Assembly: GCA_036170915.1 (NCBI GenBank)
Contig: JAVHQC010000033.1
Location: 256,001-320,000 of the forward strand
DNA from: Cyanobacteria bacterium auto_48_18
GTDB taxonomy: Bacteria; Cyanobacteriota; Vampirovibrionia; Obscuribacterales; Obscuribacteraceae
Reading direction: 5' to 3'
DNA length: 64,000 bases
In this document: piece by piece, positions 30,117-40,510 of the stretch
How the letters are laid out: each line of letters starts with the position of its first letter
How positions within the stretch are numbered: position 1 is the first letter of the stretch
Program-made: the position numbers and the translations under genes
Notes under the pieces: model-generated
Seen by the model: the letters and a program-made list of their open reading frames with translations, nothing else
Databases searched by the model: none
Told to the model about the DNA's origin: nothing

Positions 30117-32683
30117 CTAGAATCACCTTTCTTTTTTTCAGCTTCGCTTTCGTTTTCAGCTTCTGGTAGCGGTTCAAGACCAAGTAAAAAGCGCACCATA
30201 TTTAGTGGCGGGCGAATGCGTTCAAGATTGAGGTTGTCCTCTATTTCTTCGGTCAGTAATATTTCACCGGCAACAGGTTGTGTGTCTCTAACGCGCTCGC
30301 CAATCTGGCGACGCTCAGGGCTGGTAAATGTTGAAAATGTGCGCCGCAGAAGAGGCAATAATTCTGAGAAACTTTCCTGGTTAAGGCCCAGTAACCAACT
30401 GTCTAGCAGCTGCCAGAGGCGACTATCATGTATCAGTACCAGTGCGCTACCAGAGAGAAAGCCCTCCAGCCACTTACCTGCATACAGAGGTTCAGAACTT
30501 CGAGAAAGGGCAAACTGCATCATGCGCGCTGCTGCTAGTTCGTCAAGGGCGCGACCTTCGAATAACAGCCTGGTGGCTTTGCCGCTTATGTGGCCATGAA
30601 GGCTGGCGTCTTCAGCCAACTTTGCCAGCACGCTGCGATAAGCCTTTAGATCTTCAGCAGAGTTTAACAAGAGCAAAGCGGCATTTACTTCAGTTATTAA
30701 TGCCTGCAGCGAATCGGCAGCTTCGTCATCTAATGACTGGCTGGCTGCCGGCAAACCAATTAAGACTCGGGTGACTAAACCGTCAATGATTGATTTAACG
30801 GCACCAATGTCGGTGCCTCTGACATTGCCATAGCGCACCACACGCGCCAATGTAGGAATTGCTTTCATCAACTCAATTACATCACCGGCCATAGCTGCTT
30901 CGCTGTTGATGCGAGTCATTACCTGATTGAGGGCATCAGGCAAATCGGCTTCTAAGATTTTCTCAAGTAGATCTACCAGGGTAGCCAGGCTATTTGTTTT
31001 GCTGGCCACATCGGCGGCCCTCGCTGCAGCGGCCTGTTCAATAGTTCGGCCCCAGATGCCGGCTTCTATTAATCTGATGCTTAACTCCGGATACCATTCG
31101 AGGTCCCAGTTCTCATGAAAAGTTCCGCTTTTGCCGCGAATATATTGCTTTTCCGCCCAGTCGATATTAAGAATCAGCAAGCGATTTAAAAGTTCGCTGC
31201 GACTGAGATCAAGCGGTTTGCGCAAGTCAAGTTCGAGAATTTTTGCAATTGGTTCAGGCTTCATGCGCAATTTTGTTTGCAGCTGATTGAGATCTCGCTC
31301 AAGGGGCGTGCCTGGAGTATTTTCTGGTACTTGCCCGAGGCTCTCACCAACAATTAGCTTTTTGCGAATCAAGGCCAGCGGAGTATTATTGCCGTTGCAC
31401 AGCACGGTAATGATCGCCTCATTCAATTCGTCCAGGCCCGGATGCGCAAGCTCGCGCATGGCAGAAACTGCTTCAACCAGACGCAAGGTGTCGATTACTT
31501 GGGCTGATGAAGCATCAAGATCTTCATCGCGCAAAAGTTGCGCCACTTTGACTAGCCAGGTTAAGACAGGATTTTCTCGATGGCTGAAAATGTGTTGATA
31601 CCACCCAGGTGAGTGCACTCCGGCACCATATCCGCTGGCAAATGAGAGGCGGCCGTGGGTCCAGGGTATCCAGGTGGCGTCTACTTTTTGCTTGGGTAAA
31701 CCCTTTAGCAGTGCGCTGTCTTGCTTGGCCGGGGGCATATTCAGCAAGGCCGGCGTATGCCAGGCGCCGCATACTACAGCAATTTTGTTGAAATCTTTAG
31801 CGGCAACACGCATGGTCTGGCGCATGTGCGCTTCGCGTAGCGGTTCCATAATTATGTCTTCGTCAAAAATAATGCGTTCGCTGCCATCATCAGAGACTTC
31901 TAGCTTGGCAGTCTTTGCGCGAGCATCAGGATCTTCTTCTGATGCCAGTTCTAATCGCAATACTTGCATGGCTTCGGCAATGGCGTCGAAAACAGAATTT
32001 GAATGGTCAACTGCACTGTCGATTTTGGCGGCGCGCTGTTCTACGATTTGCTCCCACCAGCGCTCACCATCACTAAAGCCAGCAGCTTCTGCCAGAGCAC
32101 CGATGGGGTCTGCTTTGATGCGTTCTCTCAGCTCCTGCCGCTGTTTTAGAATTTGCTCTTGTTCTTGTTCAGCGAGTAAATCGTTTAAATCTTGATTGTC
32201 TTCTGCTTGAACTTGATCAATTATTTCCTGGTGGTCTGCAGTTTCGTTTTGAGCCCCTTCAAGATCACCAGGTGCTTCAAGAGTGGGCCTCAACTCAAAA
32301 TCTTGAGGCTGTGCAGGGGTGACAATGCCAGTGGCCTGCATTTTTTTTAGTTTGGCGGTGTTTAGCGCCAGCCAGTGACTTTGTGGCAAATCCATAAAGC
32401 GGCAGCAGATACCGTTGGAGACGGCATATTTAATCGCCTGCCATTCTGGGGAAAATTCAGCAAAAGGATAATAACTGGCTTGTCTGGGATTATCTTGCGC
32501 GTATATGAGTAGTGCCACAGGTGGTGTCATGCCTGCTTCGGCCACCAGCGGCAAAATGCTGTTGCCTTCAGGCGGCCCTTCAATTAGAACACAGTCAGGT
32601 TTAAACTGATTCAAGGCCGCCACAAGACTGTGGGCCGATCCTGGCCCATGATGCCTGATGCCGAATATCTTTGTCTCGGCCAT
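30113..32683 (-). CDS. DUF5682 family (YehM-like) protein
   Basis: GIRHHGPGSA, IEGP, PFAEFSPEWQA, REAHM, VVCGAWH, SGYGAG; ATGA overlap with the vWA gene. Confidence 0.85.
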   Translation of the reverse strand: MAETKIFGIRHHGPGSAHSLVAALNQFKPDCVLIEGPPEGNSILPLVAEAGMTPPVALLIYAQDNPRQASYYPFAEFSPEWQAIKYAVSNGICCRFMDLPQSHWLALNTAKLKKMQATGIVTPAQPQDFELRPTLEAPGDLEGAQNETADHQEIIDQVQAEDNQDLNDLLAEQEQEQILKQRQELRERIKADPIGALAEAAGFSDGERWWEQIVEQRAAKIDSAVDHSNSVFDAIAEAMQVLRLELASEEDPDARAKTAKLEVSDDGSERIIFDEDIIMEPLREAHMRQTMRVAAKDFNKIAVVCGAWHTPALLNMPPAKQDSALLKGLPKQKVDATWIPWTHGRLSFASGYGAGVHSPGWYQHIFSHRENPVLTWLVKVAQLLRDEDLDASSAQVIDTLRLVEAVSAMRELAHPGLDELNEAIITVLCNGNNTPLALIRKKLIVGESLGQVPENTPGTPLERDLNQLQTKLRMKPEPIAKILELDLRKPLDLSRSELLNRLLILNIDWAEKQYIRGKSGTFHENWDLEWYPELSIRLIEAGIWGRTIEQAAAARAADVASKTNSLATLVDLLEKILEADLPDALNQVMTRINSEAAMAGDVIELMKAIPTLARVVRYGNVRGTDIGAVKSIIDGLVTRVLIGLPAASQSLDDEAADSLQALITEVNAALLLLNSAEDLKAYRSVLAKLAEDASLHGHISGKATRLLFEGRALDELAAARMMQFALSRSSEPLYAGKWLEGFLSGSALVLIHDSRLWQLLDSWLLGLNQESFSELLPLLRRTFSTFTSPERRQIGERVRDTQPVAGEILLTEEIEDNLNLERIRPPLNMVRFLLGLEPLPEAENESEAEKKKGDSR

Positions 32684-33775
32684 TCAGGAGATATTGCGCA
32701 ATGCGCGGTAGAAGTCTTTCCAACCTTCTCTTTCTTTCACTACAGTTTCGAGATACTCTCGAAATACCACAGCGTCTTGCACCGGATCTTTCACCACTGC
32801 ACCGACAATGCTTGACGCCATGTCTTCGGCCTTAATAACACCATCGCCAAAATGACCGGCTAACGCCAGGCCGTTGTTGATCACAGAGATCGCTTCAGCT
32901 GTGCTCAGGCTGCCGCTGGGAGACTTAAGTTTGTTTTTGCCATCAAGAGTGGTGCCATTACGAAGCTCTCTAAAGATGGTAACTACCCTTCTTATTTCTT
33001 CCAGAGCTGGTGGTTCAGCTGGTAACTCGAGAGCTCGACCCAGGGCTTCCGTGCGCCGCGCCACAATGTCTACTTCTTCTTCAATACTGGCTGGTACCGG
33101 CAAGACCACAGTATTGAAGCGCCTTTTCAATGCACTGGAAAGATCGTTGACACCTTTATCTCTATCGTTGGCAGTAGCAATTACATTGAAGCCTTTGACC
33201 GCTTGTACTTCGTCACCGAGTTCAGGAATTGGTAGGGTTTTTTCAGACAGTATAGTAATCAATGAGTCTTGCACGTCAGCAGGTATACGGGTCAGTTCTT
33301 CTATACGCGCAATTTTGCCGTGGCGCATGGCTTGCATCACCGGGCTGGAAACAAGAGCGTTGATTGAAGGGCCATCAGCAATCAAGCGCGCATAATTCCA
33401 GCCGTAGCGAATTTGCTCTTCAGCCATACCTGCCGTACCCTGAACGAGTAGCGTAGAATCTAAACTAATTGCTGCCGCCAAATGCTCAGATACCCAGGTT
33501 TTCGCCGTGCCCGGCACTCCTAAAAGTAAAAGCGCGCGGTCAGTGGTAAGTGTGGCAATGGCAATTTCAATGATGCGCTTGTTGCCGATATATTTAGGCG
33601 TGATTTCAAAACCGTTTTCTAGTGTGCCGCCCATCAAGTATTGCATCACCGCCCATGGTGACAACTTCCAGCTTGGTGGCTTTTGTCTTTTGTCTATTTC
33701 GGCCAGTGCAGTCAGCTCGTGCGCATACTGAGTTTCAGCGTGTTCTCGCAATACTTGAGCCAGTGTTTCGGTCAT
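32684..33775 (-). CDS. MoxR-family AAA+ ATPase (YehL-like)
   Basis: Walker A GVPGTAKT, Walker B IEELTR, ATAN, SSALKRRF. Confidence 0.92.
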   Translation of the reverse strand: MTETLAQVLREHAETQYAHELTALAEIDKRQKPPSWKLSPWAVMQYLMGGTLENGFEITPKYIGNKRIIEIAIATLTTDRALLLLGVPGTAKTWVSEHLAAAISLDSTLLVQGTAGMAEEQIRYGWNYARLIADGPSINALVSSPVMQAMRHGKIARIEELTRIPADVQDSLITILSEKTLPIPELGDEVQAVKGFNVIATANDRDKGVNDLSSALKRRFNTVVLPVPASIEEEVDIVARRTEALGRALELPAEPPALEEIRRVVTIFRELRNGTTLDGKNKLKSPSGSLSTAEAISVINNGLALAGHFGDGVIKAEDMASSIVGAVVKDPVQDAVVFREYLETVVKEREGWKDFYRALRNIS

Positions 33776-33792
33776 GTGGTGGGTCCCTTCTG

Positions 33793-35406
33793 TTAGTTGG
33801 CGTTGGCGGTATAGTCAGCTGTATTATTAAACGATTGAAAAATATCGTAGCGTAATTTGACCGTATCGGTCATGCGCTCGAGTGCATTGCGTCGGTAAAT
33901 GTCGGCGGTATCTGCGTCGATGTTGATTTGATCGGTGAGCTCACCGGCGACAATGTGCATGCGCAGGGCAAAATTGCTGGCGTTGCTATAGAAAGTGTGG
34001 CCGAAGACCGGCACCTTTTCGCGGCTTTCTTTGATGATAAATTTGATTATTTCGCGGGTAAATCTTTCGCTCCAGTTAAAATCGACTTGTTCGAGGTAGT
34101 ACCATAAATCAAGTCTTGGAGCGGCTTTAGTATTGTCGCGTGCTTGCGACCAGCTCGGTAATTTTCGCAAAATAAGATTTTCTAGAGTTTCTTGCGGCAA
34201 GGCCTTCAGTAGTGTTAATCCGGCTTGCGAATCGGTGATATTTAGATCTTCGCGTTGTAGCAGAGCCTGCTGCATTTCTCCACCAAACTTAGCCGCTGCT
34301 GCCATGAAAGCCAGTGAAAGAACCAGCGACCATTCGCTGTTTGCCAGGGCGGCCTCCAGCAGCTCGCTAGCGTTCAGGCCAAATTTTTGCTCAAAGTGTG
34401 AAGGTGGAACTAAACTTAGTATCTGGCAGAGCCAGTTCGCTTTTGCACCAATGCGTGAGTCAAGATACATGGGTGAGCTATCAACGATTCCATCACGCAA
34501 CATCGAATCGTCTAATTCTTCAGGTAGTTGGACTGCTATTTTGTTATTTTCGAGAGAAAGATAAAGATCTGCTCGCGCAATCATTCTTTGTTGCAGTCGT
34601 GAGCCAGGTATTAATCCCAGAGCTGTGGCCGCCTGGGCACGCACTTCTTTGCGCCTGTCTTTCAGCGTGTCTTCGAGAAAGGGTTCATCAGAAAACTGAA
34701 GCTTTTTGCTCAACACTTTTAAGAATGCCGCTTTATTTTCAAATGATTCTTTTTCAAAAGAATTTGAAAGCAATGTGAGCGCTTCTTCAGGCCAGAGAGT
34801 GCGCATTGATGCGAAGGCCTGCAATCGTTCTCTTTGTTCGCCAGTCTCAAAAGTTTGAATTAAGACTTGTTTGTCGATACTTTGCTTACTCGTGTAATTG
34901 GCGCGCCATTCTTCATTTAAACTTAAAAGCCAATCAAAATGTTGGCCACAACAAAGGCCAATCAACTGGTGCATTTCAGTTAAACTTTTTCCCCAGTCTA
35001 ATAAGCGCGGCACAAACTCTTCAGGCATCCGTTGCTGGGCGTGTTCACATAAGGCGAGCCATTCTGAAATAATTTTGAAATGCTTTAGCTCGCTGCTTTT
35101 TGCTTCTAGTGTCAACACTTGAATTAATAGAGACAGTGACCGTTCACTGACTTTTTGTCGAGTTTCTGGCGGGCAGGCCCGTAACTCGCATGTGAAACTA
35201 CCTGGCATCACACCCGCTTTTTTAGCAATGCTGATGGCCGTTAATTGATCAATCAATAAACGTTCTTGAGGAAGTTCTCGTTCGCCTAATGCGGCAATGG
35301 TGCAACCAAGATCGCCTCCTGAAAGAATGGCGCTGAGCGGTTTTCGATCTGTGCCGAGGATGGCTGTTTCGGTCAATTCATGAAAGGGATTTTTTGCCTG
35401 TCTCAT
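33793..35406 (-). CDS. DUF5691-like helical protein
   Basis: AILGTDR N-terminus, DEPFLE..L.DRRKEVR..A motif; 1-bp overlap with the SWIM gene. Confidence 0.7.
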   Translation of the reverse strand: MRQAKNPFHELTETAILGTDRKPLSAILSGGDLGCTIAALGERELPQERLLIDQLTAISIAKKAGVMPGSFTCELRACPPETRQKVSERSLSLLIQVLTLEAKSSELKHFKIISEWLALCEHAQQRMPEEFVPRLLDWGKSLTEMHQLIGLCCGQHFDWLLSLNEEWRANYTSKQSIDKQVLIQTFETGEQRERLQAFASMRTLWPEEALTLLSNSFEKESFENKAAFLKVLSKKLQFSDEPFLEDTLKDRRKEVRAQAATALGLIPGSRLQQRMIARADLYLSLENNKIAVQLPEELDDSMLRDGIVDSSPMYLDSRIGAKANWLCQILSLVPPSHFEQKFGLNASELLEAALANSEWSLVLSLAFMAAAAKFGGEMQQALLQREDLNITDSQAGLTLLKALPQETLENLILRKLPSWSQARDNTKAAPRLDLWYYLEQVDFNWSERFTREIIKFIIKESREKVPVFGHTFYSNASNFALRMHIVAGELTDQINIDADTADIYRRNALERMTDTVKLRYDIFQSFNNTADYTANAN

Positions 35407-36752
35407 TAGACTTCCACCGTCTGCAATTTCAAGTAATTGCCGTTTTTAAAGGCAGAAAGTGGTTTAAGTGTGGTGCCATCCCACTCTCCAAAGAGTGAGA
35501 GCGGCTCACCGCCTGAATAGCTGGTAAGCTGCCAGCCAACTTCGTCACGGGCGAACAAAGGAAGCCCAGCTTTTTCTTGATCAATTAACCACCATTTCCC
35601 GTCTTTGGTTTTATGTGGTATCACTTTCTGCAAAAGCAATGGCATGGTATCAAGCCACGGCGTTTTCGCTAAGGCTTCAGCGTAGCTGTTTAGAGCCAGA
35701 GAAACTGAAGAGCCTTCAAGATATGGAGCCATGGCCGGTTCGCTATTTTTTGTTTTAATTAAGGCGCGTTGCTTGAGCGACCCTTGATAGAAAACCAATT
35801 CCGCTTGATAAAAAATACCCGCAATCAGCATGACATCAAACGGGGCGTTGCCGTGAGCAAAACTGAGAACTAATGCCGACTGTCCCTTTTTTCCCCAGAG
35901 CCAGCTTTTTTGCACACGCAGCCGATCTTGAGTGTAATTGTATTGCCCCACTACTAGCCAGAAGTCGTCTACGCTGTGACCAGCTCCGGCCAGAAGTTCT
36001 TCTTGGCTTTGATTGATGCCAATGGCGGTAAGGACATCGGCTTTCAGCTCAGGTGATAGCTGGTCTATTTTGAGAAAAGTTCGACAAATCAAATTGATGG
36101 TAGAAAGTTTGTCTATAAGAGCGTTTTCCCAGTCGCTGGTACGGGCGCAAATTTCAGCACATTCACTCACTAGCCGCGCTAAACCTGGTGCCTGAGCGTC
36201 AACAAGGCGGGCTGCGCGGTTTTTCCAAAATGCGAATGGTTGTTTTTTCACAGAGCCAATGCCCTGACGCATTAAATCGATGACGAAGAGCTCCAGCTCC
36301 TCGATTCCCGCTTGTATTTTGCTCAGCCGGTCTTGTTTTCGTTTATCTTTTGACTGAAGCAATTCTTCCAATTGCTCTGGAGTTCGCTCTACATCGTCTT
36401 TGCGCTTTGCTTTGCTGCCTCTGGTGGCCAACCAATCTGCCACCCATGACGGTATTTCGGCCTGGCCGAAAAGCTCCCCTTGGGCCACGTACAACATCAT
36501 CAGGGCGAGACTATGCTTGCAAGGAAATTTGCGACTGGGACAACTGCATTTGAATGCTGGGCCATTTAAATCTGCGCGAGTCTGGTAAGGCGATGAACCC
36601 GAACCCTGGCACTGGCCCCAAATGGCAAGACCATCTGCGCTTTTGCCCAAATTTTTCCATTTTCCAGGCGTGCTTAAGTCGCGCCCAGCCTTGGCCGCGG
36701 CAGAGTCAGGCGCAAGTTCTAAGACTTGTTCTGCTGTGAACTCAAACGTCAT
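35406..36752 (-). CDS. SWIM zinc finger protein
   Basis: LAPD, WGQCQGSG..PY, CSCPSRKFPCKH, ARLVDAQAPGLA. Confidence 0.88.
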   Translation of the reverse strand: MTFEFTAEQVLELAPDSAAAKAGRDLSTPGKWKNLGKSADGLAIWGQCQGSGSSPYQTRADLNGPAFKCSCPSRKFPCKHSLALMMLYVAQGELFGQAEIPSWVADWLATRGSKAKRKDDVERTPEQLEELLQSKDKRKQDRLSKIQAGIEELELFVIDLMRQGIGSVKKQPFAFWKNRAARLVDAQAPGLARLVSECAEICARTSDWENALIDKLSTINLICRTFLKIDQLSPELKADVLTAIGINQSQEELLAGAGHSVDDFWLVVGQYNYTQDRLRVQKSWLWGKKGQSALVLSFAHGNAPFDVMLIAGIFYQAELVFYQGSLKQRALIKTKNSEPAMAPYLEGSSVSLALNSYAEALAKTPWLDTMPLLLQKVIPHKTKDGKWWLIDQEKAGLPLFARDEVGWQLTSYSGGEPLSLFGEWDGTTLKPLSAFKNGNYLKLQTVEV

Positions 36753-36864
36753 TGCTATAGAGTATAAATTTTGGGCGCTAAAATGTACTTGACTAGCCGT
36801 TTCTTGAAGAATTTGCAGGTTAAAGGTTTTGCTTATTTGTGGCTATGGCCAGGCAGGTTAACTT

Positions 36865-37851
36865 TCAATCAATATTGCCGCTCTTGCGGTGAAAACGGCT
36901 GACGATGTTGGGATCAGGATAAAGTCGCACCCTGGCCTCCGATTTTCCCTCATAATCTAGCAAACTCAAAACATAACGAATGCTCTCTAGTCGGGCCATG
37001 CGCTTATCGTTCGCTCTGACCACAATCCACGGGCTGTAAGACATGTGCGTGCGACTGAACATTTCTTCTTTGTGAGTTGTGTATTCTCGCCAGAGTTCCT
37101 GGGCCTGATCATCAATTGGGCTCAGTTTCCACTGCTTCAGCGGATTTGTGCGCCTTGATTCAAAGCGTTTTTTCTGTTCGTCTTTTGAGATTGAAAACCA
37201 GAATTTGATGATGATCACACCATCTTCATAGAGCATATGCTCAAACTCGGGCACTTGTTGAATAAATCTTTGATATTCCAATTTAGTGCAAAAGCCATTG
37301 ACTGGCTCAACCACAGCGCGGTTGTACCAGCTGCGATCAAAGAAAACTATCTCTCCGGCATTAGGCAACTGCAGAGTGTAACGCTGAAAGTACCATTGAC
37401 CAGTTTCTTCGTGTGTTGGTTTTGGCAGGGCCACTACGCGCATAGAGCGTGGGTTGAGATGCTCAGTGAAGCGCCTGATTGTTCCGCCTTTTCCGGCAGC
37501 GTCTCGACCTTCCATAAGAATGGCAATACGAAGACCTTTCTCTTGCACCCACCGCTGCAATTTGACCAACTCTACTTGCAGTTTTTCCAGCTCTTCTTCG
37601 TACTCTAAATCGGTGAGAAGATCTTTGATTCTTATTTCTTTGGCTGCTAGTAAAGTGCGCAGGCCCTTTTGTGTGTTGACGCGCACTAGATCAGCTGACG
37701 TGATTTTGTTTTCGGTTTTACTAATCGGCAGCTTTTTCACTTTGCTTGCGTCGCCATTATTTTCATGCGGGTCGACGTTTTTGAGTGCCACGACCTCGAC
37801 ATCTACAGGGCTGGCACTGATTTTATTATTCTTTTTCCCATCTGCGTTCAT
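36865..37851 (-). CDS. ppk2: Polyphosphate kinase 2
   Basis: EGRDAAGKGG, WYFQRY, FDRSWYNRA, WKLSPID. Confidence 0.95.
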   Translation of the reverse strand: MNADGKKNNKISASPVDVEVVALKNVDPHENNGDASKVKKLPISKTENKITSADLVRVNTQKGLRTLLAAKEIRIKDLLTDLEYEEELEKLQVELVKLQRWVQEKGLRIAILMEGRDAAGKGGTIRRFTEHLNPRSMRVVALPKPTHEETGQWYFQRYTLQLPNAGEIVFFDRSWYNRAVVEPVNGFCTKLEYQRFIQQVPEFEHMLYEDGVIIIKFWFSISKDEQKKRFESRRTNPLKQWKLSPIDDQAQELWREYTTHKEEMFSRTHMSYSPWIVVRANDKRMARLESIRYVLSLLDYEGKSEARVRLYPDPNIVSRFHRKSGNID

Positions 37852-37928
37852 AATCTGTCATCCCCCCACCCATTGCTTCTTTATGCCACGGCAGGTGTTA
37901 ACATAGCCCTCCACGATTATGAGGCTCT

Positions 37929-38756
37929 ATGCATACTTTACTTTTCAAAAACAGAGCGCTGGCCGCCATCGCCTCTTGCCTGACGTTGATTTCATTATTC
38001 GCCATGCCTGCCCAATCTCAGGTAAATCAGATTAATTCGGTGGTTTTTGGTGATCAAGTGGCTCGCTTTATGGACGACCCGAGCAACGGTATGCCCATTC
38101 GCAACACAGCTGCTGACTACAGCGCCAGGGTGCCATTTATCACCGGCGCCAAGGTGATCATATATAGCCCTAATGGTGAGACCTTTGTTACAGTCTCTGG
38201 CAATACCGCTTCATTGTGGAATGCCGCTAAAGGCACTGAAATTATGGCTCTACAGCATGGCTCGACAATTCGCTGGATTGCTTATAGTCGCGACGGCTCT
38301 TATGTGGTCACTACAGGTAGTGATTATTCACGCACCTGGAATGCACTTAGTGGTGAGTTTAAAAAGCAGTTGGATCATCAAAACAATGTGCTGCAACTTG
38401 TGCTCAGTCAAGACAGCAAGTGTATAGCGGTCACCACTGCTGAGAATTTTCAGTTATGGTCTGCGAGTCAGGGCTTGATGACTTTGAAAATGCCTCAGAG
38501 CAACCCCGTTACCTCACTGATTATTAATCCTGATGGCACACAGGTCGTCACTCTAGATGGTACCAATGCCAAATTATGGCGCACCGCCAATGGTGCAGAA
38601 ATTGGCACAATTGCCCACGAGTTGCCTATACGTGCTGCGATGTTCAGCCCCGACGGCCGATATTTGCTCTGTGCCACTGACTCGTGGACATATCTGTGGG
38701 ATGCAAAACAATTCATCAAGATTGCCAATGTTCAATATGGCGGCGGTTACAAATAA
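37929..38756 (+). CDS. Exported WD40-repeat protein
   Basis: Signal peptide; repeated (Y/F)SPDG...LW(N/D) units. Confidence 0.8.
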   Translation: MHTLLFKNRALAAIASCLTLISLFAMPAQSQVNQINSVVFGDQVARFMDDPSNGMPIRNTAADYSARVPFITGAKVIIYSPNGETFVTVSGNTASLWNAAKGTEIMALQHGSTIRWIAYSRDGSYVVTTGSDYSRTWNALSGEFKKQLDHQNNVLQLVLSQDSKCIAVTTAENFQLWSASQGLMTLKMPQSNPVTSLIINPDGTQVVTLDGTNAKLWRTANGAEIGTIAHELPIRAAMFSPDGRYLLCATDSWTYLWDAKQFIKIANVQYGGGYK

Positions 38757-38764
38757 ACCCTATC

Positions 38765-39556
38765 CTAGTTTGATTCTCGATCTACTTGAATTTTTGATTT
38801 CTCTTCGCCCTCAGGCTTGAGAGCCAGAGCCTCTATGGCTTTCAAGGCCTCAGCCCGGTTCAGCTTTAGCAGGCCCTGGGCCACTTCCATGAGCGGATAG
38901 AGCTCTTGATCGCTTTTCTCGGCAAGATAGTCAGGCAATAGATCTTGATCTCTTAAAGTGCGCATTGTTCTCACTGCATGAGGCGCTCTGGCGAAGGCGA
39001 TTGATATTCCAGCCAGGGCCAGACAGGCAATAGAGCCGGCACAGCCGATGTGAAAAAGCCCTGCCAGTGCGGCCCCATTGCCGCGCAGCCAGCCGTGGTG
39101 AACAAGAAAATATTGCACTGTCGGCACCAGCAAAAATGTCAGCATAATGAAAAGCAGATTGGTGAGCATGAGAAATAAGCCCCGGTCTATTCCCTGATTT
39201 TGAATCAGAGAAATTTTGCGCTCAAACAATAGTGCTTGCAGTCTATAAAAGAGCGGCATCGAGCAAATCAAAATCAATAGCAGATTAGAGGCAATGAAAA
39301 GCAGCGATCGAGCAGAAAACTGGTTTGTTGTTTCTACCGAAAGAACAGCATCATAGCCCGAGTGCGCAAAACACCAGGCGGCCACACAGTTTATGATTAC
39401 CAAACAGGCCAGATATAGACGCAGTTGCTGCGGCAAAATTGCTCGCGGCCAACCTAAGCCTTTACGTTTGCACGCCGCAATGATTATGGCTGTCAATACC
39501 ATCAGTGGTGCCAACATGACCAGGGTGAATGCAGACCATTGAAAAATATTGGGCAT
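38765..39556 (-). CDS. Hypothetical multi-pass membrane protein
   Basis: About 5 hydrophobic segments; 1-bp overlap with the upstream gene. Confidence 0.65.
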   Translation of the reverse strand: MPNIFQWSAFTLVMLAPLMVLTAIIIAACKRKGLGWPRAILPQQLRLYLACLVIINCVAAWCFAHSGYDAVLSVETTNQFSARSLLFIASNLLLILICSMPLFYRLQALLFERKISLIQNQGIDRGLFLMLTNLLFIMLTFLLVPTVQYFLVHHGWLRGNGAALAGLFHIGCAGSIACLALAGISIAFARAPHAVRTMRTLRDQDLLPDYLAEKSDQELYPLMEVAQGLLKLNRAEALKAIEALALKPEGEEKSKIQVDRESN

Positions 39557-40011
39557 CAGTCAAGTATTGAAAGATCCATTGGCTGGTCTAAATAGACATC
39601 AAACCAGAGTGGAATGCGCAGATTGGCCACCCGGGTCATAAGTTCAGGAGTGAGCGCCGGGCAGGTATTCCACGAATTTGAGAACCATGCCACCACCAGG
39701 TCAACTGTATAACCGTCTTTTTGTAATCTACTGATGTTATTGCCGTGGTTGGCCATGGCATCCACCATCCATTCAATGTGTTTCATAGCATCATTGCTGC
39801 GAATAGCATGCTTTGAAGACAACAACCAACCGCCAGTTTTGGCTTCAAATTTAGCGCTGCTGCCGTGATTTTCCACAGTGATTACTTCGCCCATTTTCCA
39901 CGCCTTAGTCGGCTTGACTTCAAACAAGTCAGTCAATGATGCTGGTTCCAAGTCGGCATGATAAATGCGCAAAGTGGCATAAGTTTCTTGGGGATGAGTT
40001 TCAAAATTCAT
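39556..40011 (-). CDS. DUF4279-like protein, copy 2
   Basis: YATLRIY, GGWLLSS, PALTPELMTRVANLRIPLWFDVY. Confidence 0.7.
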   Translation of the reverse strand: MNFETHPQETYATLRIYHADLEPASLTDLFEVKPTKAWKMGEVITVENHGSSAKFEAKTGGWLLSSKHAIRSNDAMKHIEWMVDAMANHGNNISRLQKDGYTVDLVVAWFSNSWNTCPALTPELMTRVANLRIPLWFDVYLDQPMDLSILD

Positions 40012-40014
40012 TTG

Positions 40015-40497
40015 TCAGATTAGCTCGCCTTCTTCTGAACCAAATAAATAAACATCGAACCAGATGGGTAAACTGAGCTTGCCAAGTCGACGCATTATTT
40101 CTGGTGTTAAAGCCGGAGTGGTATTCCAAGATGAGGCGTGCCAGCCCACTACTACGTCAACCATAAAGCCGTGATCTTGCAGATCTTTTATGGTGCCGGC
40201 TTTGCCGGTTAATTGATCTAATAACCAATCTATATGAGCCATGGCATTATTGCCGCGAATTACTGTTCGTGAGCTGAGCAACCAACCCCCAGAGGGAGCT
40301 TTGTGCCCCAGGCGCTTCCGCCAGCCGTATTCGTCATCGCCACAGCGCCAGGCTACTGACGGAGTGATTTCAAGAAGCTCAGTGATTTGGTCAGGCTCGA
40401 GGCCCGGATGATAGACGCGAAAGGTCGCCCGCACTCTTTCTGGTCCGGTGGCGCGCTCGAGGGTTCTGTCTTCGCCAAGCTCGTCTATTTGATGCAT
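40015..40497 (-). CDS. DUF4279-like protein, copy 1
   Basis: RATFRVY, GGWLLSS, PALTPEIMRRLGKLSLPIWFDVY. Confidence 0.7.
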   Translation of the reverse strand: MHQIDELGEDRTLERATGPERVRATFRVYHPGLEPDQITELLEITPSVAWRCGDDEYGWRKRLGHKAPSGGWLLSSRTVIRGNNAMAHIDWLLDQLTGKAGTIKDLQDHGFMVDVVVGWHASSWNTTPALTPEIMRRLGKLSLPIWFDVYLFGSEEGELI

Positions 40498-40510
40498 CGA
40501 GTTTCCTGTG

